Origin: an uncultured Isosphaeraceae bacterium
GTDB taxonomy: Bacteria > Planctomycetota > Phycisphaerae > Phycisphaerales > SM1A02
DNA: 35,665 nucleotides
Assembly (NCBI GenBank): GCA_964634655.1
Contig: CAZWJR010000004.1
Location: 1 to 35,665 of the forward strand
Reading direction: 5' to 3'
Part shown: piece after piece, positions 26,470 through 34,747 of the stretch
Position numbering within the stretch: the first letter of the stretch is position 1
Layout: every line of letters starts with the position of its first letter
Position numbers and translations under genes: made by a program
Notes under the pieces: generated by a model
What the model was told of the DNA's origin: nothing
The model's database searches: none
Seen by the model: only the letters and a program-made list of their open reading frames with translations

Positions 26470-28518
26470 ATGAGCATGAGGAATACTGAATCCGCATATA
26501 GAGAAATTGCTTCGGGTCGATTTGGACTCGGCGCACCCGGAGTGTGGATGGTGATTCCAATTTTGTTTCTGGCATCGGTCGCAGCGGCCCAAGCGCCTGC
26601 TGTTACACCCCAGTCGAATCAACCGCCGGCCCAAACCATTGACCAACTGCCGTGGCCGGTCAAATTGGGTGCGAGGTCGCATGTCGTTTCGCAGGGGATT
26701 CCGCTGGTTGATCGTGTGGTGTTGGTTCCGGATGTTGCGACGTACGTGGATGAACTTGGCAAGTGGTCCCGGCAAGGCCGTTGGCCCGTGTTAATTGAAG
26801 ATGGAATTTTTGCGCCGATGTTTGTGCGGCGATTCAAGCCGTCGCAGTTGATCCGGCGCGAATCAGTTGGGTCGGAAAAATGGCCAGTGGAAAACGCCCA
26901 GCGGCAGCAGGCCTTGGAAGCAGTGGTGATCCGCGCGTTTGGCGGCAATCCCGATGAGCACACCGTGCGAGAAGTGTTTGCGTTGGAGCAATATTCACCG
27001 CCAGGAGTGGTTGTGACTTCAGTGACAGACCCAGCATGGACCGCCGCGGTGGCGCTGGCGGCCGGGCACGCGCAACCGTTGGTGTGGCTGGATGAATCGT
27101 TCGGTCAGCCGAGTGATGAACTCAACGACGCAACAGCACAACGCCTTGTGAGCGCGATGGATGGGTTGGTCGCTGGTCAGCACTACACGTTTCGTGCATT
27201 GGGCGATGAGATCGATGCGATTACGATCTGTAAGTCAATCGGCTGCAAATCGAGAGCCAAGCTTCCCAATGGCTTGCCGGCAAATGCGGATGGTCCGGTT
27301 TCAACGACGGACATGCTTGGCCGGAATCCCGATGGAACTCGTTACGCCATAACGGGGTGGATTTTCGGTGATGAGATTCGCAGTGCTTACGTGGCGATGT
27401 GTTCGCTGTTTCTGCCGCGAGATCGCATCACGATGTGGAACACGTATCCAGAAACCGGCGGCTGGTTGGGCTACGCCATGAACGACGCGGCGGCGCTCTT
27501 TCAGCAGGGTGGGTTCACCGTGCAGCACATTTTTGGCAGGGACGCCGATGAACACGGCTGGCTGCGTGCCCTGACCAGCGGCTTTACCACCGATATGGTG
27601 ATGATCAATTCCAAAGGGAACAATAATTTTTTCGATTTGTCCACAGGCACAGCTTATCCGCCGGATGTGCCGGTTCTCAATGAGCCGGTCGCGCTGCACT
27701 TGATACACAGTTGGTCATTGCAGCATCCGGATCGTGCAGACACCGTGGGCGGGCAGTGGTTGATGCACGGTGCCTATGCCATGGTTGGATCGTGTTGGGA
27801 GCCGATGCTGGGTGCCTTCGTTCCGCCCAAGGAGTTGAGCAATCGCTGGGTGAACTTTGTGCCGTTTTTGGTGGGCGCACGATGGTGGGACAACCAAGGA
27901 ACGTACGCCATCCCATGGCGAGTCGTCACGATCGGCGATCCATTGATGTTGTGCGCCCCGCCGGAACAATGTCGCAAACAGCGATTGGCGCAACCTTCCA
28001 ACGATGGCGTCGATCTTGGGGAGCACGTGAAAGACCTGCTCCGCCAGGCAGAAGCCGATGAAAGCGGAACAGCCTTCGCGCAGGCAATGGTCATTCTGGA
28101 CATGCTCGGCAAGGACGAAGTCGCAGTGGGGGTGTGGCGGCTGGCGTCCTCAAAAGGCAAAGGCGAGAAAGCGGCACGCGCCGCACTGGGACCCCTGTTT
28201 CGACGCCGCGAAGTGGAAGAGTTTCTCAACGCCTGGAGCCAAACGTCCACACACGATTCCTTCGCGGCGGACATGCTCTGGCATCTGTGTACGCCGCGAT
28301 TGGGCCCGGGAAACACCACGTTTCAGAAAGAAATGCTGATTCAACTGCAATCTGCAATCCGTCAACCGTTGCCACAGCACGATATGGAGAGGCTGGCTCC
28401 CGCGCTTGCCCGCACTTTCGGCAAAGCGAAAGTTCAGGAAGTCATCCAGCGTGAGATGAAAAAAGCACGGACTAGTTCCGTGACATCCGCATTGACGGAA
28501 CTGTTGAAAAAGTACTAG
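26470..28518 (+). CDS. Hypothetical secreted protein of unknown function, 682 aa
   Basis: Signal peptide VWMVIPILFLASVAAAQA. Clean ORF starting 10 nt after the MBL-like gene. Helical C-terminal region of about 170 aa. No family recognised. Confidence 0.75.
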   Translation: MSMRNTESAYREIASGRFGLGAPGVWMVIPILFLASVAAAQAPAVTPQSNQPPAQTIDQLPWPVKLGARSHVVSQGIPLVDRVVLVPDVATYVDELGKWSRQGRWPVLIEDGIFAPMFVRRFKPSQLIRRESVGSEKWPVENAQRQQALEAVVIRAFGGNPDEHTVREVFALEQYSPPGVVVTSVTDPAWTAAVALAAGHAQPLVWLDESFGQPSDELNDATAQRLVSAMDGLVAGQHYTFRALGDEIDAITICKSIGCKSRAKLPNGLPANADGPVSTTDMLGRNPDGTRYAITGWIFGDEIRSAYVAMCSLFLPRDRITMWNTYPETGGWLGYAMNDAAALFQQGGFTVQHIFGRDADEHGWLRALTSGFTTDMVMINSKGNNNFFDLSTGTAYPPDVPVLNEPVALHLIHSWSLQHPDRADTVGGQWLMHGAYAMVGSCWEPMLGAFVPPKELSNRWVNFVPFLVGARWWDNQGTYAIPWRVVTIGDPLMLCAPPEQCRKQRLAQPSNDGVDLGEHVKDLLRQAEADESGTAFAQAMVILDMLGKDEVAVGVWRLASSKGKGEKAARAALGPLFRRREVEEFLNAWSQTSTHDSFAADMLWHLCTPRLGPGNTTFQKEMLIQLQSAIRQPLPQHDMERLAPALARTFGKAKVQEVIQREMKKARTSSVTSALTELLKKY

Positions 28519-28521
28519 TGA

Positions 28522-30249
28522 TTATCGCGACATCGCCGGGAAGCGAGATGCTTCCAGCAATGATTGTCCCGTCATTTCCTTCGGAATCTGCATCCCCATC
28601 ATCTGCAGCAGGGTGGGTGCGATGTCCGCCAGCCGGCCGCCGCTGTGCAACCTCCAGCCGCGATATGGTTCGCCCACCACAATGAGAGGCACGTTGTAAA
28701 CCGTATGGGCTGTGTGCGGGCAATTGTGGATTGGGTCCCACATCTGCTCTGCGTTGCCGTGATCAGCGGTGATGATGAGCGATCCGCAGCGCTTCAAAGC
28801 AGCATCCACGATTTGCCCCACGCAGGCATCAACGGATTCAACAGCCTTGATCGCCGCCTGCAGGTTTCCCGTGTGTCCCACCATGTCCGCATTCGCAAAG
28901 TTGACGATGATGAGCGGTTCGCAATCAGGTGCGTTCAAGCGGCGCAGCACCGCTTCACAAACTCCTGTCGCACTCATCTGGGGTTTCTGGTCGTAGGTGG
29001 CAACGTCCTTGGGGCTGGCAATCAATTCGCGACCTTCGCCGGGAAATGTCTGTTCCCGGTAGTCATTGAAGAAAAAAGTGACATGCGGGAATTTCTCGGT
29101 TTCGGCACAACGAAACTGGGTTAAACCGCTGCGGCTGACAACTTCACCAAGAATATTGGGCATCTTCGGCGGCTTTTCAAAGGCGATGGCGCTGACCGGC
29201 AAACCGGTTTCATAACCCGCCATCGTGCAGAAAAAAAGATCATTCAATCGGCCGCTGCGATCAAATCCTCCCTTTCCATCCGGCAATGCGTTGGGCACTT
29301 TCGCCCATGCCGCATCATCAAGCATGAAGGCTTTTGTAATCTCGCGCGGCCGGTCGCCTCGGAAGTTGAAGAAAATGACCGAATCGCCATCACTGATCGT
29401 CGCGATTCGATAATGGCCATCCTGTTTGAGGATCTGCGTGGGCAGGACGAATTCATCGCCTGTGCGGTTGGGTTCGGTTGGATGGTCGTAGTATTCCTGA
29501 ACCGCTTGCTCGGCAGATCGGGCTTGACGCACATGAAACGTTGGCGGCAACAGCGGGTGCTCCACATCCAACCCCGTCAGCATGGAGAAAGCCTGGGCTA
29601 CTCTTTCCCATCGGTTGTCGCGATCCATGGCGTAATACCGGCCGCAAACCGTCGCAATGCGCCCCAAGCGCGGACCGGTACCGCCCTGCGGTGCCAGTTT
29701 CGCCTCCAATTGCCTGATGAATCCCAAACCAGTGGTTGGTCCCACATCGCGGCCATCGGTAATGGCGTGGATGACAACGCGATCGCCCGGGAAACCCTGT
29801 TGCCTGGCCATTTCGATCAATGCAAACAGGTGCTCGATATCACTGTGAACGAACCCATTGCTAAGCAGGCCGAGCAGATGCAAATTGCCCCCCGTTTTCC
29901 TGGCGTGCTCCATCGCACCAACAAAACCCGGATTCGAAAAGAATGAACCGTTGCGGATCGCACGTGTAATCCGCATCAATTCCTGATCAACAATGCGGCC
30001 GGCTCCGATGTTCTGGTGCCCCACTTCAGAGTTCCCCATGGTTCCCGGGGGCAGTCCGACATCTTCGCCGCAGGTGATGATGAGAGTGTTGGGCCAAACC
30101 TGCATCAGTCGGTGGGCGACAGGCGTATTGGCAAGTTTCACGGCATTGAACTTGTCGTGTTCCGGGTGTGGGTTCTGCCCCCAACCATCGCGGATGATCA
30201 GAACAACCGGCGATCGATTGCCCGGGGCATTGGGCGGTGAACTCGGCAT
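28522..30249 (-). CDS. gpmI: 2,3-bisphosphoglycerate-independent phosphoglycerate mutase
   Basis: VVLIIRDGWG, GNSEVGHQNIGAGRIV, ITDGRDV and ADHGNAE. I use the ATG at 30249; the track uses a GTG at 30255. Confidence 0.92.
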   Translation of the reverse strand: MPSSPPNAPGNRSPVVLIIRDGWGQNPHPEHDKFNAVKLANTPVAHRLMQVWPNTLIITCGEDVGLPPGTMGNSEVGHQNIGAGRIVDQELMRITRAIRNGSFFSNPGFVGAMEHARKTGGNLHLLGLLSNGFVHSDIEHLFALIEMARQQGFPGDRVVIHAITDGRDVGPTTGLGFIRQLEAKLAPQGGTGPRLGRIATVCGRYYAMDRDNRWERVAQAFSMLTGLDVEHPLLPPTFHVRQARSAEQAVQEYYDHPTEPNRTGDEFVLPTQILKQDGHYRIATISDGDSVIFFNFRGDRPREITKAFMLDDAAWAKVPNALPDGKGGFDRSGRLNDLFFCTMAGYETGLPVSAIAFEKPPKMPNILGEVVSRSGLTQFRCAETEKFPHVTFFFNDYREQTFPGEGRELIASPKDVATYDQKPQMSATGVCEAVLRRLNAPDCEPLIIVNFANADMVGHTGNLQAAIKAVESVDACVGQIVDAALKRCGSLIITADHGNAEQMWDPIHNCPHTAHTVYNVPLIVVGEPYRGWRLHSGGRLADIAPTLLQMMGMQIPKEMTGQSLLEASRFPAMSR

Positions 30250-30263
30250 TTGCACAGTGTATG

Positions 30264-30298
30264 CGAACAGAATTGAGCGGTCAGAAGTCGAAGATCAG
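30264..30298 (-). repeat. Degenerate 7-nt-period tract on the gpmI sense strand: CTGATCT TCGACTT CTGACCG CTCAATT CTGTTCG
   Basis: Read from the reverse complement. The register continues (CATACAC TGTGCAA) exactly up to the gpmI ATG. Confidence 0.6.
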
Positions 30299-30343
30299 TG
30301 GCCAGAAAATGCGGGCGGTAGTCCTTCCCCATCCGCTCGATTG

Positions 30344-30364
30344 TTGACTTCTGACTGCTGACTT
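30344..30364 (+). repeat. Heptanucleotide tract: TTGACTT CTGACTG CTGACTT
   Basis: Read directly from the sequence, about 57 nt upstream of the yggS-like start. It contains GACTTCTGAC, the inverted partner of GTCAGAAGTC at 30280-30289. Confidence 0.7.
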
Positions 30365-30421
30365 CGCAAACGACCGCGTTTTCTACCTGACAATGCCGTG
30401 TACCCGTGATATCCTTTTGGC

Positions 30422-31282
30422 GTGGCGACTGTCCCTCGCGAAAAAACATCAATCCCAGCGCCGGCGATTGTGAAAGCGCCGTTGGTCCGCGTGCCGGAAG
30501 CGGCCACACTCAAGGAACGATATCGGGCGGTTCAGGATCGAATCGCCGCTGCCGCGCGCCGTGCGGGTCGTTCGCCGGAAGGAATCGTGCTCATCGCGGT
30601 AACCAAGTATGCCGCGATCGACCAGGTGCGCGAACTCCTGGAACTGGGCCACATTGACCTTGGTGAAAGCCAGATGCAGAACCTCGTGCAGCGGGCCGCG
30701 CAGATAGAGGAGTTCCTCCAGAGGCATCGCCAACTCGGCGGATCGAAGACATCATTGGTCCCCAAGAAAATTCGCTGGCACATGATTGGCCACCTCCAAC
30801 GCAACAAAGTGCGGAAGGTAATCGGCTTGGCGCGATTGATTCACAGTGTGGATTCATTGCGTCTGGCGGAAGAAATCCAGGCGGCCACGACGAAGGTCGA
30901 TGAACCGGTCGAAACGCTCATTCAAGTCAACGTTTCCGGTGAGAAGAGCAAGTTTGGTGTGGCACCCGCAGCCGCGCGGCACCTCATCGATCAAATGGAC
31001 ACCATGGTCAACGTCAAGGTGCGCGGTCTCATGTGCATGGCTCCGCTCGTGGAAGACCCGGAAAAATCCCGGCCCGTCTTTCAGCGCGGCAGAGAATTAT
31101 TTGAAGACATCGTTCGCAGCGGTGCCGCTGGCGATCGATTCGATATCCTCTCCATGGGCATGAGCAGCGATTTCGAAGTCGCCATCGAATGCGGCGCCAA
31201 CATGGTGCGTGTCGGCACAGCGATCTTCGGCGAAGGCAGCCGAACAGAAGAATCCGAGGGCGATCCCGCAGGCAACGATTGA
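30422..31282 (+). CDS. yggS: YggS-family pyridoxal-phosphate homeostasis protein
   Basis: LIAVTKYA (PLP Lys), WHMIGHLQRNKV, IHSVDS, QVNVSGEKSKFG, LSMGMSSDFEVAIE and VRVGTAIFG. GTG start. It has N- and C-terminal extensions. Confidence 0.88.
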   Translation: MATVPREKTSIPAPAIVKAPLVRVPEAATLKERYRAVQDRIAAAARRAGRSPEGIVLIAVTKYAAIDQVRELLELGHIDLGESQMQNLVQRAAQIEEFLQRHRQLGGSKTSLVPKKIRWHMIGHLQRNKVRKVIGLARLIHSVDSLRLAEEIQAATTKVDEPVETLIQVNVSGEKSKFGVAPAAARHLIDQMDTMVNVKVRGLMCMAPLVEDPEKSRPVFQRGRELFEDIVRSGAAGDRFDILSMGMSSDFEVAIECGANMVRVGTAIFGEGSRTEESEGDPAGND

Positions 31283-31305
31283 TCCTCGTCAATTGACCTG
31301 AGCGA

Positions 31306-31968
31306 TCAGCCTTCCCGCACTTCTTCCAGCGACCCGGTCAAACCAAGCGAAACCTGGAACGCCAACTGCTGCAGCGACAGGAGAAAGTCCACGCTTGCGA
31401 CGCTGACCTGATCGTTGATTTCCAATCGCACCGGCGCGAAGTTGAGAATCCCCTTGACGCCGGCTGCAATAAGCGCGTCCGCAACAGTTTGTGCCGCCTC
31501 TACAGGGACCGCCACTATGCCGATCAGGATGTTGCGCTCGCGTACCAGCGCCGGCAGGTCACTCATCGGCCGCACCTTGTGGCCGGAGATCACCGTCCCG
31601 ATGACATCTGCATCACTGTCGAAAACCGCCACAACATCAAATCCCTTGCGTCGGAAATGCGTGTACGGCATCAGCGCGCGGCCGATGTTGCCCGCTCCCA
31701 CGATGGCTGCGTTCCACGTCTTGTCCGTCCCCAGGATCTTCCGCAATTGCGCCGTGAGTTCAGAGATCTTGTATCCAATTCCCGGATGACCGAACTGGCC
31801 GAAGTACGCCAGGTCTTTGCGAACCTGGGCATCGGTCAACCCCAGCGCTGTGCCGAGAGATTTGGAGTTGATGGTTCGCAGTCCGCGATCCTCCTGTGCC
31901 TCCAGTTCGCGCAAGTACAGGCTCAATCGCTTGACGGTAGGACGTGGGATGCGGCTCTTGTTGTTCAT
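31306..31968 (-). CDS. rex: Redox-sensing transcriptional repressor Rex
   Basis: RIPRPTVKRLSLYLRELE, AQVRKDLAYFGQFG..GIGY and Rossmann AIVGAGNIGRAL. I use the ATG at 31968; the track ORF reaches 32097. Confidence 0.88.
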   Translation of the reverse strand: MNNKSRIPRPTVKRLSLYLRELEAQEDRGLRTINSKSLGTALGLTDAQVRKDLAYFGQFGHPGIGYKISELTAQLRKILGTDKTWNAAIVGAGNIGRALMPYTHFRRKGFDVVAVFDSDADVIGTVISGHKVRPMSDLPALVRERNILIGIVAVPVEAAQTVADALIAAGVKGILNFAPVRLEINDQVSVASVDFLLSLQQLAFQVSLGLTGSLEEVREG

Positions 31969-32080
31969 GCGACAGATTCCACGTCGGTCGGCCGGGTTCG
32001 GTCGGACCACCGCGTGGGCAGTGTAACATTCCCGCCCGCGCCAATGGATGACCGGCAAACCGGCTACCATATTCACCCGT

Positions 32081-32998
32081 ATGCACATTAACGACATCTT
32101 TCAGCGGGACTCCACGACGTTCAGTTTTGAGTTCTACCCGCCGAAGACATCCGAAGCGTGGGAGGATCTGTTCGATCGCATCAGCGATTTCGACTCGCTC
32201 GCCCCATCGTTCGTTTCCGTCACCTACGGGGCGGGCGGCTCCACGCGGGAACGCACCCATGAACTGGTGGTCAAACTGAAATCGCTGGGGAAGTTGGACC
32301 CCGTGCCGCACCTCACCACAGTTGGACACAGCCGCGAGGATGTTCAGCAGATTCTGGATCGGTATGCCGCAGCGGGGGTCTCCAACATTATGGCGTTGCG
32401 TGGCGATGCTCCGCTGGGCGATACCAACCACGATCGTTCGGGCGATCACTTCAAATTCGCCGCCGATCTCGTCGCGTTCATCCGCAAGTCCAACCATCGC
32501 GGCGGTCATGTCGATCCCCGCGGTTTCGGGGTGGGAGTTGCGGGATTTCCCGAAGGCCACCCTGATACCGCCAACACTCTCAAATTGATGGAGCATCTCA
32601 AAGCAAAAGTGGATGCGGGCGCGGATTACGTCTGCACCCAGATGTTTTTCGACAACCACGCATTCTTCGATTGGCGCGAGCGTTGTGAACTGGCGGGCAT
32701 CAAGTTGCCGCTGGTGGCAGGCATCATGCCGATCACTTCAATTGCAGGAATGAAGCGCATGGCGGAACTCTCCGGCTGCACCAACTTTCCCGCACGGCTG
32801 CAAAAGCACGTGTACCGATGCCAGGACGATCCGGAAGCCGTGAAGCGCGTTGGAATCCATTGGGCCACCGAACAATGCCGCGACCTCATGGACAACGGCG
32901 TACGGGGCATCCACTTCTACACCCTCAATCGCTCGGACGCCACGCGGCAAATCTACGAAACGCTCGCCTTGCGACCAGCCCAAGGCAGTGGGCAGTAG
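32081..32998 (+). CDS. metF: 5,10-methylenetetrahydrofolate reductase
   Basis: FSFEFYPPKT, SVTYGAGGSTRERT, ALRGD, TQMFFD and IHFYTLNR. I use ATG 32081. Confidence 0.9.
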   Translation: MHINDIFQRDSTTFSFEFYPPKTSEAWEDLFDRISDFDSLAPSFVSVTYGAGGSTRERTHELVVKLKSLGKLDPVPHLTTVGHSREDVQQILDRYAAAGVSNIMALRGDAPLGDTNHDRSGDHFKFAADLVAFIRKSNHRGGHVDPRGFGVGVAGFPEGHPDTANTLKLMEHLKAKVDAGADYVCTQMFFDNHAFFDWRERCELAGIKLPLVAGIMPITSIAGMKRMAELSGCTNFPARLQKHVYRCQDDPEAVKRVGIHWATEQCRDLMDNGVRGIHFYTLNRSDATRQIYETLALRPAQGSGQ

Positions 32999-33057
32999 GC
33001 ACGAGGTATCAGTTTCGGCCGCCATCCCAGACCCGCCTAAACCCATCGCCGATACCG

Positions 33058-33078
33058 CATGCCTGATGCCTAGTGCCT
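33058..33078 (+). repeat. Heptanucleotide tract: CATGCCT GATGCCT AGTGCCT
   Basis: Read directly from the sequence, 35 nt upstream of ATG 33114. Confidence 0.7.
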
Positions 33079-33113
33079 AATTCTCGTCTACACTTTTGCG
33101 CGTTTCCACAGCC

Positions 33114-33731
33114 ATGGCTCAACGTCGCTTCCATTACGAGCAGGCCTTTGAGCACTTCCTCCGCGCCAATCGCGTGCCGTACGTCGCGGTGGATGAAGCA
33201 AAGAAAGCGTTGATGCCCGCCAAACGCAATGATCACCCCGGCGATGGAACCCGTCGTGGCGGCGTGCCAGAAACCGCCGCGCTCAAATCGTTTGATTTTG
33301 TCGTCTACGCGCCCAATCGCAGTTTGCTTGTGGATGTGAAGGGCCGCATGTTCGGTTCCGCAAAGTCCCTGAATCCGCACTCCAGCAGCCGCTTCGAAAG
33401 TTGGGTAACGCAGGACGATGTGGACAGCATGCGCCACTGGCAGCGATTGTTCGGCAGCGACTTCCAGGCTGTTTTCATTTTCGCCTACTGTCTGCGCCAG
33501 CAGCCGCCAGATGCCCTGTTTGAGGAACTCTTTGCCTATGGCGAAAAGTGGTACGCTCTGCGAGAAGTGACTCTCAAGGATTATGAAACCGCCATGGTGA
33601 AGCGTTCGGACAAGTGGCAGACGGTCCACGTTCCCACGGGGGATTTCGCCCGCATCAGCCGCCCGTTTTCAGTGAAAACAGCCGCCAATGCTGATTCTGC
33701 TTGCGACTCCCGGAAGGCCGCCATATGCTGA
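33114..33731 (+). CDS. HYExAFE-motif protein with a PD-(D/E)xK nuclease-like motif layout
   Basis: MAQRRFHYEQAFEHFL... (helix with Glu), KSFDFVVYA (Asp61) and LLVDVKGR (Asp74-x-Lys76). ATG 33114 chosen over TTG 33096. Confidence 0.75.
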   Translation: MAQRRFHYEQAFEHFLRANRVPYVAVDEAKKALMPAKRNDHPGDGTRRGGVPETAALKSFDFVVYAPNRSLLVDVKGRMFGSAKSLNPHSSSRFESWVTQDDVDSMRHWQRLFGSDFQAVFIFAYCLRQQPPDALFEELFAYGEKWYALREVTLKDYETAMVKRSDKWQTVHVPTGDFARISRPFSVKTAANADSACDSRKAAIC

Positions 33732-33961
33732 CATTCATGCACCGACGATTTCGACGATTCACCCAGAGCCTCGTCATGATCGGAGTCTCCGCCACGATGG
33801 CAATGCTCCCGACATTGGCATGGGCTCAGAACGCTGCGGCTCCGGCTCCCAAACTTTCCCGCACTCCTGCGGTCTGGGTTGGGTATCTATTAATTGTCGT
33901 GCTGTTAGGCATTGTAATGGCGGTGAGTTTGTTGCCATCCAAGCGCACCCATCAGGATTGA
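33725..33961 (+). CDS. Small (78 aa) protein with a signal peptide and one C-terminal TM helix
   Basis: The ATG lies inside ATGCTGA, overlapping the upstream stop. SP ...VMIGVSATMAMLPTLAWA, TM VWVGYLLIVVLLGIVMAVSLL, basic tail. Confidence 0.5.
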   Translation: MLTFMHRRFRRFTQSLVMIGVSATMAMLPTLAWAQNAAAPAPKLSRTPAVWVGYLLIVVLLGIVMAVSLLPSKRTHQD

Positions 33962-33997
33962 ACGCCCAGTGTTCCAAGTGTTTTCAGGAGGACAACC

Positions 33998-34339
33998 ATG
34001 GAAACCGATCAGGCCGTCAGTCAGATCAAGGGCAAAAAATCGTCAACTCATCTGCGGGGCCTGCTGGCGATCAACGGCGCGCTGTTGATCATCCTCGCCG
34101 CCGTCACGTTTGGTTCAACGGTCAACGGTCAGGCACGGGGACGTGGGGAGTACACCATGGTGGCCGGCGGCGTGCCCAGTACGGATGCGGCCGCTCTGTA
34201 CATTGTGGATGTCGCCAATCAGGAAATGATTGCCATGGTTTTCAACCCCAACGCAAAATCCTTGGAAGGCGTGGGATATAGGAACCTGACAATCGACGCT
34301 GCCGCCATCCAGCGAGGCCGCACCCGTCCCGCCCCTTGA
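33998..34339 (+). CDS. Small (113 aa) single-pass membrane protein; paralog of the next gene
   Basis: SD CAGGAGGA. TM LLAINGALLIILAAVTFG. The ectodomain RGEYTMVAGG...ALYIVDVANQEMIAMVF...GYRNL aligns with 34362..34691. Confidence 0.65.
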   Translation: METDQAVSQIKGKKSSTHLRGLLAINGALLIILAAVTFGSTVNGQARGRGEYTMVAGGVPSTDAAALYIVDVANQEMIAMVFNPNAKSLEGVGYRNLTIDAAAIQRGRTRPAP

Positions 34340-34361
34340 CCTCTTTCACGGAGAACATGCA

Positions 34362-34691
34362 ATGAATACCCAAAGCAAGAATCCAGTGAATGCGGCAGCG
34401 GCGGCGTTGTGGGCCTCGGCGTTTGTCATCGCCGCAATGATCATCGTTCAGGCCGGCCGCCTGCCCGGCAACGCCGCACACGCCGGCATGGTCGCCGACC
34501 GCGGCAGTTACACTCTGCTCACCGGAAGTTCCGGCCGTGGCAAAGACACGAATCCCAACGATGTGCTCTACGTCATCGACAGCCGTGAGCAGATGCTGCT
34601 GGTGTACGAGATTGAAGACCCGCAAAAGAAGCAGGTTGTGCTTCGCGAAGGGTACAGGCTGGACGATCAATTCATGCGGGCACGGCAGTGA
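34362..34691 (+). CDS. Small (109 aa) single-pass membrane protein; paralog of the previous gene
   Basis: SD ACGGAGA. TM ALWASAFVIAAMIIVQA. Ectodomain RGSYTLLTGS...VLYVIDSREQMLLVYEI...GYRLD. Confidence 0.65.
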   Translation: MNTQSKNPVNAAAAALWASAFVIAAMIIVQAGRLPGNAAHAGMVADRGSYTLLTGSSGRGKDTNPNDVLYVIDSREQMLLVYEIEDPQKKQVVLREGYRLDDQFMRARQ

Positions 34692-34747
34692 CCCAACGGC
34701 ATGACCGCTGAATCTGTGTCCCAAATCACAATGATCCGGCCGCATCG

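Noticed and set aside
31969-32080. Looked for a Rex operator (TTGTGAA-N6-TTCACAA type) in the rex/metF divergent region.
   Set aside because: Only isolated half-site-like fragments are present (TGTAAC at about 32024, TTCAC at about 32073), about 45 nt apart. No palindrome is present. The direct repeat GTCGGTCGG...TTCGGTCGG is there, but its significance is unknown.
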